Origin: Escherichia phage EcWhh-1
Direction: 5' to 3' (one strand)
Sequence record: MH791409.1
Length of the DNA stretch: 64,000 bases
Positions 8,786 through 17,375 of the stretch are shown here, piece by piece; position 1 is the first letter of the stretch, and every line of letters begins with the position of its first letter. Position numbers and translations under genes: made by a program. The notes under the pieces were generated by a model, which was given only the letters and a program-made list of their open reading frames with translations, made no database searches and was not told the DNA's origin.

Positions 8786-8970
8786 AATTCCACCATAAAT
8801 TCAAATAGCTGGTCACGTACACAAGTATCAGTCCAACCCCATTTGGTGGCTTCTTCTTTTAACCAATCCGGGAGATTTGCCAATACGGTTTCTTTACTAG
8901 GCGCAGGAGTATCAAACTCACTTGCAAACTCTCTTGCGCAGGTTCCATAAGCTATATCAAATTCGGTCAT
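8782..8970 (-). CDS. Hypothetical protein, about 62 aa
   Basis: start moved to ATG 8970 (MTEFDIAYG...), ATGA overlap with upstream peptide; ORF-track start was TTG. Confidence 0.4.
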   Translation of the reverse strand: MTEFDIAYGTCAREFASEFDTPAPSKETVLANLPDWLKEEATKWGWTDTCVRDQLFEFMVEL

Positions 8971-9134
8971 TTGAAGTTCCAGAATGAAGCACCAACCAGA
9001 AATAAAGGCCAACAAATCATAGACGTCAGCCACCAACAAAAGTCACCTGCACCGAAATCATCTAATTTAGCTAGGGTCTTAGCATAACCAATACCGATGA
9101 TAAGATACAAAATACCCAACAATAATTCAATCAT
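8967..9134 (-). CDS. Small membrane peptide, 55 aa (MIELLLGILYLIIGIGY...)
   Basis: ATG 9134 overlaps nrdC stop (ATGA); two hydrophobic segments; below ORF-track cutoff. Confidence 0.35.
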   Translation of the reverse strand: MIELLLGILYLIIGIGYAKTLAKLDDFGAGDFCWWLTSMICWPLFLVGASFWNFK

Positions 9135-9394
9135 TTGAAATACGCTCGCAGTTGGTCAAAGCCACCAATAGAAGTTCCATCGGGAGCAAATACCTGTGGC
9201 ATAGTCAAACCTACCTGAGATTCACGTCCAAGAGCAGCCAGGAGTTCGGCAATCTTCTCATCATCAAATACACCTTTTTCCGGCATCACGTTAATGAATT
9301 CGTAAGGTTGTTTCTTAACATCAAGCAGACGTTTGGCATTATCACAGAAAACACAACGGTGAATATTTGAATCGTAACCATAAACTTTAAACAT
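9131..9394 (-). CDS. nrdC: Thioredoxin/glutaredoxin NrdC
   Basis: 87 aa; MFKVYGYDSNIHRCVFCDNAKRLL...FAPDGTSIGGFDQLRAYFK nearly identical to T4 NrdC. Confidence 0.9.
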   Translation of the reverse strand: MFKVYGYDSNIHRCVFCDNAKRLLDVKKQPYEFINVMPEKGVFDDEKIAELLAALGRESQVGLTMPQVFAPDGTSIGGFDQLRAYFK

Positions 9395-9395
9395 T

Positions 9396-9632
9396 TTAAA
9401 TTCCTAATATTTGTTTGAATGCTTCAGAACGGTCGAGTTCTGTTCCATATTTTTCCGTGTGCTCATTTTTTAAATCATACACATCAGATAGTATATTATT
9501 ATACGAACGAGTTAAAGCAGATTTTAAAACTGAATAACTGTCCGGAAATTTACCGTGCTCTTTATAATAAGCTAGAGTAAGTTCGCGGACTGCCTTATCG
9601 GCAGCCTCTACATATTCTTTACGCTTTGCCAT
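9396..9632 (-). CDS. Hypothetical protein, about 78 aa
   Basis: start moved to ATG 9632 ([13 protein letters not shown]...). Confidence 0.4.
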   Translation of the reverse strand: MAKRKEYVEAADKAVRELTLAYYKEHGKFPDSYSVLKSALTRSYNNILSDVYDLKNEHTEKYGTELDRSEAFKQILGI

Positions 9633-9930
9633 TTTCGTCTCGCTCAAATCGGTGTTTGCAATGGCGGCATTTATATCGAAGATTACTGGTTTGCCAATGG
9701 ACCAATTGAACCTGTTCTGTGCCACACTTAGGACAGTTAGGAACATTCTTAGAAGCTTGTTCTCGTCGTGCGACCATAGCCATTACAGCATCCCAATTAA
9801 CGGCATCACCATAATCATCACAACCATGAATTTTACCGACCAATTCAACTTCAACATCCTCGGCTTTAATAAATTTCAATAAACCGGTATTAGATGCTGA
9901 AGCAATATCTTCAGCTAAACGTTGTTTCAT
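9619..9930 (-). CDS. Zinc-ribbon protein, 103 aa (CPKCGTEQ...CRHCKH)
   Basis: two CxxC pairs near C-terminus. Confidence 0.5.
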   Translation of the reverse strand: MKQRLAEDIASASNTGLLKFIKAEDVEVELVGKIHGCDDYGDAVNWDAVMAMVARREQASKNVPNCPKCGTEQVQLVHWQTSNLRYKCRHCKHRFERDENGKA

Positions 9931-10937
9931 TTCAGCAGCTCCAGAGCCTGTTCAAGACGGTCTAAACGATTGGTAGACTCTTCCCAAAGTTTCTTGGCAG
10001 CGGTATATTGCCCGGTCAGTTTTTTGTTAATAGCCAAGGCATCTTTATACGCTTTTTCTAAGGCAACGATTTCCGGTAACTTGGATTTAGTAATTGGTGT
10101 ATGGGCCATGATAGGGCTGTTCAAGTCGTTAATCAAGTCTTCTAATGTAGCAGGCTCTTTATCAGTATTCACAATTTCCTCACATTTTTCTTGGTAAATT
10201 TCAGCGTCAGTTTTTGGAACGGTACATTTGATTTCGCGAACTGTTACTAAGACCTCATATCCTTTCCAGCCTAAGCGGTGTTTAACTTCTTGGGTCTCAT
10301 ATTTCTCTACTGTATCCATCAAAGCTAGGGCTTGTTCGATAGTATTCAAGGTATCGTAAGCAATATCTTGATACTTTACAACTTCCGCATCATCTTTAGG
10401 TTTCCTATTAGGTGACCAAATAACAGAAATAATAGCTTTTCCTTTATAACTATTTGTTTTAATCATGCAATTAGCCATCGGGTGAATAGTACGACAATCA
10501 CCGGAAACTATAGTTTTAGAGGCCGCTTTGAGAATTAATGCAGAGTTAGCCTTGAATTCGCTAACCCAACGTTGCGGAAATAAACTACTAGGGTCCATAC
10601 CTTTAATTTTGATATAACCTTTTATGGTATCACCAAACCATTTGTAGCTAACAACGTGGCTAGAACCCGGATATTTCTCTTTACCGAACTCAGAAAGGAT
10701 GTCCTTATTGACCAGTCGAGAAAGCAGTCGAGAACCTTTAAATGTATCTACGATATCAGGAATAAACAAACGACCCGCTATCTTTTCGATTTCAGCTTTG
10801 AAACAGCGCGATAATGCATCATCAATTTGGTCGACCCATTTATTGATATTAGAAACTATTACCACATATGGGGTTAATGGAGGGGTGTTGGCAGTGATAT
10901 ACGTAGTAAAGGCATTGATGTATTCAGTACGAGTCAT
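9927..10937 (-). CDS. Hypothetical protein, 336 aa
   Basis: SD GAGGAGAATATC + ATG; early promoter upstream; no motif recognised. Confidence 0.6.
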   Translation of the reverse strand: MTRTEYINAFTTYITANTPPLTPYVVIVSNINKWVDQIDDALSRCFKAEIEKIAGRLFIPDIVDTFKGSRLLSRLVNKDILSEFGKEKYPGSSHVVSYKWFGDTIKGYIKIKGMDPSSLFPQRWVSEFKANSALILKAASKTIVSGDCRTIHPMANCMIKTNSYKGKAIISVIWSPNRKPKDDAEVVKYQDIAYDTLNTIEQALALMDTVEKYETQEVKHRLGWKGYEVLVTVREIKCTVPKTDAEIYQEKCEEIVNTDKEPATLEDLINDLNSPIMAHTPITKSKLPEIVALEKAYKDALAINKKLTGQYTAAKKLWEESTNRLDRLEQALELLK

Positions 10938-10951
10938 GATATTCTCCTCAA

Positions 10952-10993
10952 GTTGATAGAAAGATTATACTCCATCCATCCTTGGATGTAAAC
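10952..10993 (-). promoter_or_regulatory. Early promoter (GTTTAC, 18 bp, TATAAT)
   Basis: minus strand GTTTACATCCAAGGATGGATGGAGTATAATCTTTCTATCAAC. Confidence 0.5.
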
Positions 10994-10994
10994 A

Positions 10995-11870
10995 TTATTT
11001 TAGAGCTAATACTGCAGCGCGGAGCTTGTCACGCTGGAGTTCCATGTTCTTGATGCGAATCAATACGTCTTGGATACTCTTTTTCTCATCTTCGATCTGG
11101 CCGTTTAAACGGTGGATTGATTCCTGGAGATGGTCCTCATGATACTTCTCGATAGGTTTCATCGTAGGGTTAGTAACCACCATAGAATTATCAGGTGTAA
11201 TTTTCCAATGATACGGTTTGGAATTGAATGGACTCGGTACAGCCGTGGTTTTGAATTTGTCATAGGCTGCATACTGGCCTACACTGTCACATGATACTGC
11301 AGAGGTAGAGATACGTCGTTCCATTTGTGGGTCCTTTTGTTGGGATTGGTAAGGGGCATAAGACAAAAGATATTCGCGAGTTAGTTTAATTCTGATGTAT
11401 ACTGCATCAGCCAGCCCGGAACATTCTGCGTACTCGTCAGTAGTAACCTTATATGATTCTACAGCCTTAATACGAGCCATTGCTTCTCTGAATAAGGTTT
11501 CAAATGCTTCACGAAGGGCCTTATTACCTTTTGAGGTAGGACGGAAACGAACTTGAACACCATCATCCAAAATATTAATGACCAGGTTACGAGCTGTAAA
11601 ATTAATATTTTTGATATTGACAGGAACCGTAGAAATACGCCCTGCAGTAGCCAATAGGTCTTTGATATTAGCTCGTAATGTTGCACCAAACAGATGGGCC
11701 GGGCTACGGCAATAATCATTCAAAGAGCTGATGTAAGTTCCTTTACGGCCTACACCATAAGTATAATTACCATTACAAATATGACCAAAGTCAGCTAGGC
11801 GGTCAATAGCGATACGACGAGTCGTGTCATGGTCATAGATGGAATATTCTTTACGTGTTTTAATGTTCAT
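10995..11870 (-). CDS. Hypothetical protein, about 291 aa
   Basis: start moved to ATG 11870 (MNIKTRKEY...) just after upstream stop. Confidence 0.55.
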   Translation of the reverse strand: MNIKTRKEYSIYDHDTTRRIAIDRLADFGHICNGNYTYGVGRKGTYISSLNDYCRSPAHLFGATLRANIKDLLATAGRISTVPVNIKNINFTARNLVINILDDGVQVRFRPTSKGNKALREAFETLFREAMARIKAVESYKVTTDEYAECSGLADAVYIRIKLTREYLLSYAPYQSQQKDPQMERRISTSAVSCDSVGQYAAYDKFKTTAVPSPFNSKPYHWKITPDNSMVVTNPTMKPIEKYHEDHLQESIHRLNGQIEDEKKSIQDVLIRIKNMELQRDKLRAAVLALK

Positions 11871-11871
11871 A

Positions 11872-12087
11872 TTAAAGTCCAAATAATTTTTCATAGAGTT
11901 TAGCAATAGGCCATAGAACTAGCATACATAGCCAGGCAAAGCAAAATACCGGCCATACGAATGTAATGAATACTGCATCATAGCTTGATTCAATTTCAAC
12001 CGGGTTCCATGCACCGGACTTATGAACAAATAATGCAGTAATAAATCCTATCACAAGATATCCAATAATAAAACTGATAATTTCCAT
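11872..12087 (-). CDS. Small membrane protein, 71 aa
   Basis: two hydrophobic helices (IIGYLVIGFITALFV; VFCFAWLCMLVLWPI). Confidence 0.5.
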   Translation of the reverse strand: MEIISFIIGYLVIGFITALFVHKSGAWNPVEIESSYDAVFITFVWPVFCFAWLCMLVLWPIAKLYEKLFGL

Positions 12088-12089
12088 AA

Positions 12090-12938
12090 TTAATCCTTAA
12101 GAAGATTTAGGATATCGATATATTTTTGACGTTCAGCCTTAGCTTTAGCATTCAGACCAGAGAGTCGGAAAATCTCATCATCTTGTTGTTGGATTGTAAC
12201 ATTCAAGCAAGTAAGCAAATTGCTAAAATACTCAATCTGGGCTTGATGCTTCTCATTGCTGCGCACTGGCACAGGTTCCGGTTTAGGAGCTTGTTCTGAA
12301 GGCTCTTCAGTCAGGTCTTTAATTTGGTACAGTTTAATACGCTGACCCGCTCCAGTTTCGGCATCACCAAAACTAAGAACACCATGCCGTTCTAATTCAG
12401 ACAGGGCTAAGCGCAGGTGGAACTTCCAGTTGTCATATTGACAACCACTATAAGTGGAAACAATATACCCACCATGTTCAGGTATTTGACTTTTAATAAT
12501 ATTAAAGACAATCCAATCGCCTGAACCATTGGTCTTAAAGGTCATTTGTTTATCAAGACCTTTTGCAAGGCGAGCGCCAAGAGCCAGTAGACGCCGTTGG
12601 TTGGCATGAAGGTCTTGAACAACTTCGTCAAATGACATCGCCGGGATTAAACGACCATAAAGGTCGTAGCCTTTGTTATAATTTTTAAGAATAATTTTGG
12701 CATTAGCACGAGACAACATACCTGTTTTACGAAGAGTTTTCATGACTCGGTCTTCTAACGTAAACGAACCTTTAGTCTTGTCAAAGATTTTAGTGAAGTC
12801 ATCTTTAACAGTACAAACATTGAACTTGTCCCACATCATATATAGAACCCTTTCAACCACTTCATTAGAACTCGGAATAAAACCAAAATTAATAACTTTT
12901 TTAACTTCAGAACGAATTTGATTAATTGCCTGTGACAT
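12090..12938 (-). CDS. Hypothetical protein, 282 aa (MSQAI... N-terminal module)
   Basis: SD + ATG; shares leader and first codons with gene 5043-5372. Confidence 0.6.
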   Translation of the reverse strand: MSQAINQIRSEVKKVINFGFIPSSNEVVERVLYMMWDKFNVCTVKDDFTKIFDKTKGSFTLEDRVMKTLRKTGMLSRANAKIILKNYNKGYDLYGRLIPAMSFDEVVQDLHANQRRLLALGARLAKGLDKQMTFKTNGSGDWIVFNIIKSQIPEHGGYIVSTYSGCQYDNWKFHLRLALSELERHGVLSFGDAETGAGQRIKLYQIKDLTEEPSEQAPKPEPVPVRSNEKHQAQIEYFSNLLTCLNVTIQQQDDEIFRLSGLNAKAKAERQKYIDILNLLKD

Positions 12939-12975
12939 AATAATTTCCTCAGTAAGTAATTAAGAACCTAGAACC

Positions 12976-13000
12976 ATTATACCATCCTTGGTATAAAGCG
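12976..13000 (-). promoter_or_regulatory. Middle-promoter-like element (GCTTTA MotA-box-like, 12 nt, TATAAT)
   Basis: minus strand CGCTTTATACCAAGGATGGTATAATGG. Confidence 0.4.
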
Positions 13001-13001
13001 T

Positions 13002-13526
13002 TTATGCGAGAACCGTCTTTAAACGCTCTTCAAATTTCTGAAGCAGAGCTTGGCGTTCAGCTCGTTGTGATTTGTACTGCTCGATACGACCTGAAGTGAG
13101 GGCGTACTGTTCGTTTACTGATTCCCGCATGAATTCAGGAATCTCTTTACACGCTTTGATTTCGTCAAACTTATCAATAACCGCTTGTTCCTCGGCAATC
13201 AGATTATCGAAATAAGCGATATCAGATTTAACATTTGCCAGGTCGGATTCAGTAGGCATTAAACGTTTGTTACGTTCAGCTTGATAAGCTTGATTGTTTT
13301 CACGGCTCCAGTAAAGAATACGTTTTTTGTTAGTGTTTTTATAGAGCTCTACAATACCAACTGAATCGATGATAGCAATCCAGTTCCAACGGCTTTTGTA
13401 AATCTCTCCTCCAGATACGGTAATCTCATTACCACAAGCAACGTCGTTAAAGAACTTGCTTTGTTTTTCAGATTTGAAATTACCATTATTAAAATTAATC
13501 AGTGAAAAAATATCTTTAGCGTTCAT
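13002..13526 (-). CDS. Hypothetical protein, 174 aa
   Basis: SD GGAGGTTATC + ATG; promoter cassette upstream. Confidence 0.6.
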   Translation of the reverse strand: MNAKDIFSLINFNNGNFKSEKQSKFFNDVACGNEITVSGGEIYKSRWNWIAIIDSVGIVELYKNTNKKRILYWSRENNQAYQAERNKRLMPTESDLANVKSDIAYFDNLIAEEQAVIDKFDEIKACKEIPEFMRESVNEQYALTSGRIEQYKSQRAERQALLQKFEERLKTVLA

Positions 13527-13531
13527 GATAA

Positions 13532-13581
13532 CCTCCAGTAGTTGATAGGTCTATAGTATCATTTCTACTGGAGATGTAAAC
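13532..13581 (-). promoter_or_regulatory. PeSL-like early promoter cassette (GTTTAC, 17 bp, TACTAT, in stem CTCCAGTAG/CTACTGGAG)
   Basis: minus strand GTTTACATCTCCAGTAGAAATGATACTATAGACCTATCAACTACTGGAGG. Confidence 0.6.
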
Positions 13582-13583
13582 AA

Positions 13584-13925
13584 CTAATAGAAACTTTTTT
13601 CACCGGATTGACCACTAAACCAAGCGGATTGGGTGTTCTCTTTCCGTTGGTGTTTAATACGAATAAGGTATTCATTCCTGATGGCGCAGAGTTCACCTCG
13701 GAAGTCGCCTGCCAACTTTACCTGCTTACGGTCTAGATTTATTAAGGCCTGAGTCTTAGCGGCCAAGGCCAGTCTCTTGTAGTCTCCTTCTTCACAATCG
13801 GTTTTATAAACCTTTTCGGCGAATTTGTATTTAAATTCATTATCATAGTCCTCGACGGACTGTTTCATGGCATTAGAGTACTTCAACTCTGCTTTTATAA
13901 GGTCGTAACTAAATTGTTCGAACAT
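13584..13925 (-). CDS. Hypothetical protein, 113 aa
   Basis: ORF; no motif recognised. Confidence 0.55.
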   Translation of the reverse strand: MFEQFSYDLIKAELKYSNAMKQSVEDYDNEFKYKFAEKVYKTDCEEGDYKRLALAAKTQALINLDRKQVKLAGDFRGELCAIRNEYLIRIKHQRKENTQSAWFSGQSGEKSFY

Positions 13926-13935
13926 AATTTCACCT

Positions 13936-14916
13936 TTATTTCAGAAGTGTAACTTCAGCGATTTCGTTCCAGTCATTTTTATCAGTGGCAATGAAGTCCG
14001 CCAGATAAAGAGCTGTACGTAATGATACGTTACGAAGACGAGATACATTAGCCTTCATCCATGCTAAAGCTTGATAAGTCTCAGCATCAGTCAGACCTCG
14101 ATTTTGCATCATATCAGTGGACAGGATAACGTCTTCAACACGAACCATAATCTCTTCGTTCGAGTGAACTCCGAGGTCTAAGTAAACTGAACGAGATACT
14201 AAAGCCTGGAGGTGTGGAGCAAGTTTAGTTCCACGCTCTAATTCACGGTCAATATCAACGTTGGTGATGAACACGATGGTGCCTTCGTATTCGAATTCTT
14301 TATCGATATTTTTATCATCGAGGTAAGAACTTGAAGTGCTCCAGCACACTTTACGTTTTTCACCAGTATCCAATGCTGCTTTTAACAGGTTCAGGATATC
14401 CATATCAGAGAATACATCAACATCATCGATAAGAAGAACACTATTAGGGCCGCGGTTATTCCAAAGCTGCTCGTAAAGACCGATTCCACTAATCTTTCCG
14501 TTGATTGATTTATATTCGATAGTTTCATTTTCGTGGGCATTTTGTAATGCTTTATCCAAAGAATACGTTTTACCAATACCTGCGGCACCAGAGATGATAA
14601 GGGAACGAATTTTACCATCGATGATTCCGTTGGTCATCATGTTCATTACTTTAAAACGTTTGTTGATGCGATGTTTCATTTCTTCAGCGGATTCAGTAAT
14701 CACTACAGGAGCTTCAGTACCTTCCATTTCAACGTCACATTTGAACACCCATACACCACGTTCAACACCATCAATCTGTACGAATACCTTGCCATCACCG
14801 AGGTGAGCTTCGGATTCATGAATTTTATTTGGGAACCAGGTTTTACCTGAACTCATGAACGTACCAGAGATTTCATTACCGCGATAGATACCTTTGTTGA
14901 TTTTGATAGTTAACAT
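13936..14916 (-). CDS. P-loop NTPase (AAA-like ATPase), about 326 aa
   Basis: Walker A LIISGAAGIGKTYS, Walker B-like VLLIDDVD; start moved to ATG 14916 with SD GAAGGAGAA. Confidence 0.65.
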   Translation of the reverse strand: MLTIKINKGIYRGNEISGTFMSSGKTWFPNKIHESEAHLGDGKVFVQIDGVERGVWVFKCDVEMEGTEAPVVITESAEEMKHRINKRFKVMNMMTNGIIDGKIRSLIISGAAGIGKTYSLDKALQNAHENETIEYKSINGKISGIGLYEQLWNNRGPNSVLLIDDVDVFSDMDILNLLKAALDTGEKRKVCWSTSSSYLDDKNIDKEFEYEGTIVFITNVDIDRELERGTKLAPHLQALVSRSVYLDLGVHSNEEIMVRVEDVILSTDMMQNRGLTDAETYQALAWMKANVSRLRNVSLRTALYLADFIATDKNDWNEIAEVTLLK

Positions 14917-14940
14917 TTTATTCTCCTTCACTCAGTAGAT

Positions 14941-14980
14941 TTGATAGGTCTATAATAACATGTTTGAAATGGATGTACAC
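14941..14980 (-). promoter_or_regulatory. Early promoter cassette (GTGTAC, 17 bp, TATTAT, TAGACCTATCAA)
   Basis: minus strand GTGTACATCCATTTCAAACATGTTATTATAGACCTATCAA. Confidence 0.5.
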
Positions 14981-14982
14981 AC

Positions 14983-15213
14983 TTATTTTGCAATAATTTC
15001 ACAGAAGCCATCTTTATAGCGGGCCCATGTTTCACCATTTACTGTATAAAGAGCAGCTTTACGACCATTAGGCATAACAACTTGTTTACCTTTGTTTTTA
15101 GTTACAGCTTCAATAATTTCGTATTCTTCGGCACGATCAGCTTTAAATGTATCTTCCAGAGCGATCAAGTTAGTAGTGTAAGAACCGTATTTGTAATTTT
15201 TGATAGCGTACAT
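14983..15213 (-). CDS. Hypothetical protein, 76 aa
   Basis: SD ACGGAGA + ATG; promoter cassette upstream. Confidence 0.55.
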   Translation of the reverse strand: MYAIKNYKYGSYTTNLIALEDTFKADRAEEYEIIEAVTKNKGKQVVMPNGRKAALYTVNGETWARYKDGFCEIIAK

Positions 15214-15251
15214 TTTTATATCTCCGTTTGGTTTAAGTTTTCAGCTCTTTA

Positions 15252-15292
15252 GCTGATAGGTCTATAATAACATGTTTAAAGCAGATGTACAC
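15252..15292 (-). promoter_or_regulatory. Early promoter cassette (GTGTAC, 17 bp, TATTAT, TAGACCTATCAGC)
   Basis: minus strand GTGTACATCTGCTTTAAACATGTTATTATAGACCTATCAGC. Confidence 0.5.
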
Positions 15293-15312
15293 TACTTTTT
15301 TGCACTAAACCC

Positions 15313-15334
15313 AAAAAAGGCCCGAAGGCCTTTT
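15313..15334 (-). terminator. Rho-independent terminator hairpin (GGCC-CGAA-GGCC, T-tracts both sides)
   Basis: AAAAAAGGCCCGAAGGCCTTTT directly after stop of gene 15336-16346. Confidence 0.6.
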
Positions 15335-15335
15335 A

Positions 15336-16346
15336 TCATTTATAATACGAGTTATGGTTTTCTAGGTAAACCTGCTCAACGAACTTGTCCCAGAACTTCA
15401 TATCTACCTTATCAGGCATACCGTTCTTAGCTGCCCAGATGGCATTGGTTTCGACTTCATCAACTATAGCTTCGAGCTCAGCCTGTACATCTTTAAAAGC
15501 ATGTAGCCCCTGTTTGATTTCAAGGATAAATGGTGCTGTTCGTAAAGGATATTGAAGGTCACCGGTCATATAGATTTCCTTCAACTGATATCCAGCACGA
15601 TAAGCATGGCTCAGAGCTTTCCAGTCAATACCTTCATTAGCTTCAGCCTTACGAGCACGTTCGCCATATTCTGCATCAAGTTTATTCAGAGATTGCTTAA
15701 GCTCGACCAATGACAGAGTAGTTTGGTACTTACGTCCGAGGACAGTATAGAACGTTTGAGGACCTGTTTTCTCGTGGTTATGAAATACCCATTCACAGAA
15801 CTCGTTTTCAGGGAGCCGGTGCTTAATATCTTCTACCTTAGTACGTCGTTGCTTAGTAGAACCATCTTCTTGATAATCAACCCACTGTTCAGGAATCTGG
15901 TTAACGATAGCCAGTACACCACGCAGAGCAGCCAGACGAGAACCCTTAACACCATATTTAGAAGCTTGCTTACGAACGTACCCTAAATAGGCTTTCATGT
16001 TGGTTGTATAGAACCGAGAACGATTGTCTTGGATAAATTTCCATACATCAGGTAAATCAGATTTAACCACCAGTTCAGGTGGAGTATGAATCATGTCCAG
16101 AGCAACTGTTTCGCCATCAGCCGCTAGTTTAAAGAAATATTTCAGGCTGTAAAGCTCGTGGTCGACATCATCTTTAGTGTTTTTGGAAGCAGTGTTATTC
16201 GTGTTCAGGTTGGTATGGTTCATAGCCGTACCTAACAGAATATCACGCGGATGCGGAACAAAGATTTCTTTAAAATCGACATCAGATTCCGGAGTACTTG
16301 TTCCATAAAGGTGGCTACCGAAGTAGCCTTTCATAACTGTTCTCAT
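15336..16346 (-). CDS. Pol-beta-superfamily nucleotidyltransferase-like protein, 336 aa
   Basis: N-terminal GSHLYGTSTPESDVDF fits the G[GS]-x9-13-D-x-[DE] nucleotidyltransferase signature; remainder helical; ATGA overlap with upstream membrane protein. Confidence 0.6.
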   Translation of the reverse strand: MRTVMKGYFGSHLYGTSTPESDVDFKEIFVPHPRDILLGTAMNHTNLNTNNTASKNTKDDVDHELYSLKYFFKLAADGETVALDMIHTPPELVVKSDLPDVWKFIQDNRSRFYTTNMKAYLGYVRKQASKYGVKGSRLAALRGVLAIVNQIPEQWVDYQEDGSTKQRRTKVEDIKHRLPENEFCEWVFHNHEKTGPQTFYTVLGRKYQTTLSLVELKQSLNKLDAEYGERARKAEANEGIDWKALSHAYRAGYQLKEIYMTGDLQYPLRTAPFILEIKQGLHAFKDVQAELEAIVDEVETNAIWAAKNGMPDKVDMKFWDKFVEQVYLENHNSYYK

Positions 16347-16795
16347 TCTTTATTCTCGAAGTGGATTACAGGGCAGACCTTAGATTTACGAGCTTTGATA
16401 TATTGGATGACAACGTTTTCTTTAGTTTCTCGGCCTTCACGCTCAGCTTGAATACGTTGCCATTCCTTTTCTTCTCTACGGGCATCATACCATGAGTGTA
16501 AATTCATCGCACCGAATGCCAAACCAATGGATAGCGCAATAATAAGAGATATTGCAACCAACCCTAAAACAAACCCGAGACTCAACAGAACAGGGGTACT
16601 TAATACAAAGAAATGCTCTAATACACCAGCACCTGCAACAGTTAATCCAAAAAGCGTACTACCTGCAACAACAGCACAAGCAAAACAAGCCCAAACCATT
16701 TTCCAGAAGTAAGCACACAAAGAGTGTGGTCGAGAATGGCGGTCATAAAAACGGTCGTGTAATTTAACGTGCCAAGAGTTTGTATTGATAATCAT
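16343..16795 (-). CDS. Membrane protein, 150 aa
   Basis: SD TAAGGAAAT + ATG; three hydrophobic helices. Confidence 0.55.
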   Translation of the reverse strand: MIINTNSWHVKLHDRFYDRHSRPHSLCAYFWKMVWACFACAVVAGSTLFGLTVAGAGVLEHFFVLSTPVLLSLGFVLGLVAISLIIALSIGLAFGAMNLHSWYDARREEKEWQRIQAEREGRETKENVVIQYIKARKSKVCPVIHFENKE

Positions 16796-16804
16796 AATAT
16801 TTCC

Positions 16805-17365
16805 TTAAGAGTTCATAGTTGGGATAACAGAGTTCAGATAAGAGACTAAAGCTTTGAGCTCGTCCTTAGTAAATACCACTTCATTTTCACCGTCGTGTCT
16901 TTGGGTCAAGGATAGCAAATCACGACCCTGATGTTGATACACAGACAATTCGGTGTCATAATCCATTTCTTCTTCATCACCTTCAAAGGTTTCACTAGAA
17001 CGAATTACCGCATCTTGGCCAGGGACTTTCCATTCAACTTCTGGATGGCATTCTTCCTGGAACAGTTTAAAAATATATTTAAAGAAATTAGCAGAATCAC
17101 TAATGCTTAGACATTCCCCATCCGTTTCCAAATTAAACCCGTTGTCATGGTTATAAATCTGGGCCCACATATCATCGTTAATATTAAATACACCTCTAAA
17201 ACTACCATTAAGATATTGGTGTTTGTCCAAAACCTTTAAATCGTAAAGTGGTTTGATATCTTGGATAGTCAGTACGATTTTATCGTCTTCTTGTGAAAGC
17301 ACAATTGCATTATCAACTACTTCAGCGGTCAGGTCACCAAACAACCCAGATGTTTCAATAATCAT
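16805..17365 (-). CDS. Hypothetical acidic protein, 186 aa
   Basis: ORF; D/E-rich; no motif recognised. Confidence 0.55.
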   Translation of the reverse strand: MIIETSGLFGDLTAEVVDNAIVLSQEDDKIVLTIQDIKPLYDLKVLDKHQYLNGSFRGVFNINDDMWAQIYNHDNGFNLETDGECLSISDSANFFKYIFKLFQEECHPEVEWKVPGQDAVIRSSETFEGDEEEMDYDTELSVYQHQGRDLLSLTQRHDGENEVVFTKDELKALVSYLNSVIPTMNS

Positions 17366-17375
17366 TTTCCGTTCC

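Noticed and set aside
9152-9370. Plus-strand 72-aa ORF
   Set aside because: Antisense to nrdC, whose protein is near-identical to T4 NrdC.
13936-14931. ORF-track starts inside promoter cassettes (13936-14931, 27893-28183, 32380-33048, 33049-33327, 37514-37711, 38042-38278)
   Set aside because: The extended N-termini come from GTG/ATG codons within the promoter or leader; downstream ATGs have proper Shine-Dalgarno spacing.
16527-16767. Plus-strand ORFs 16527-16712 and 16552-16767
   Set aside because: Antisense to a minus-strand membrane-protein gene; Gln/Lys-rich low-complexity translation.
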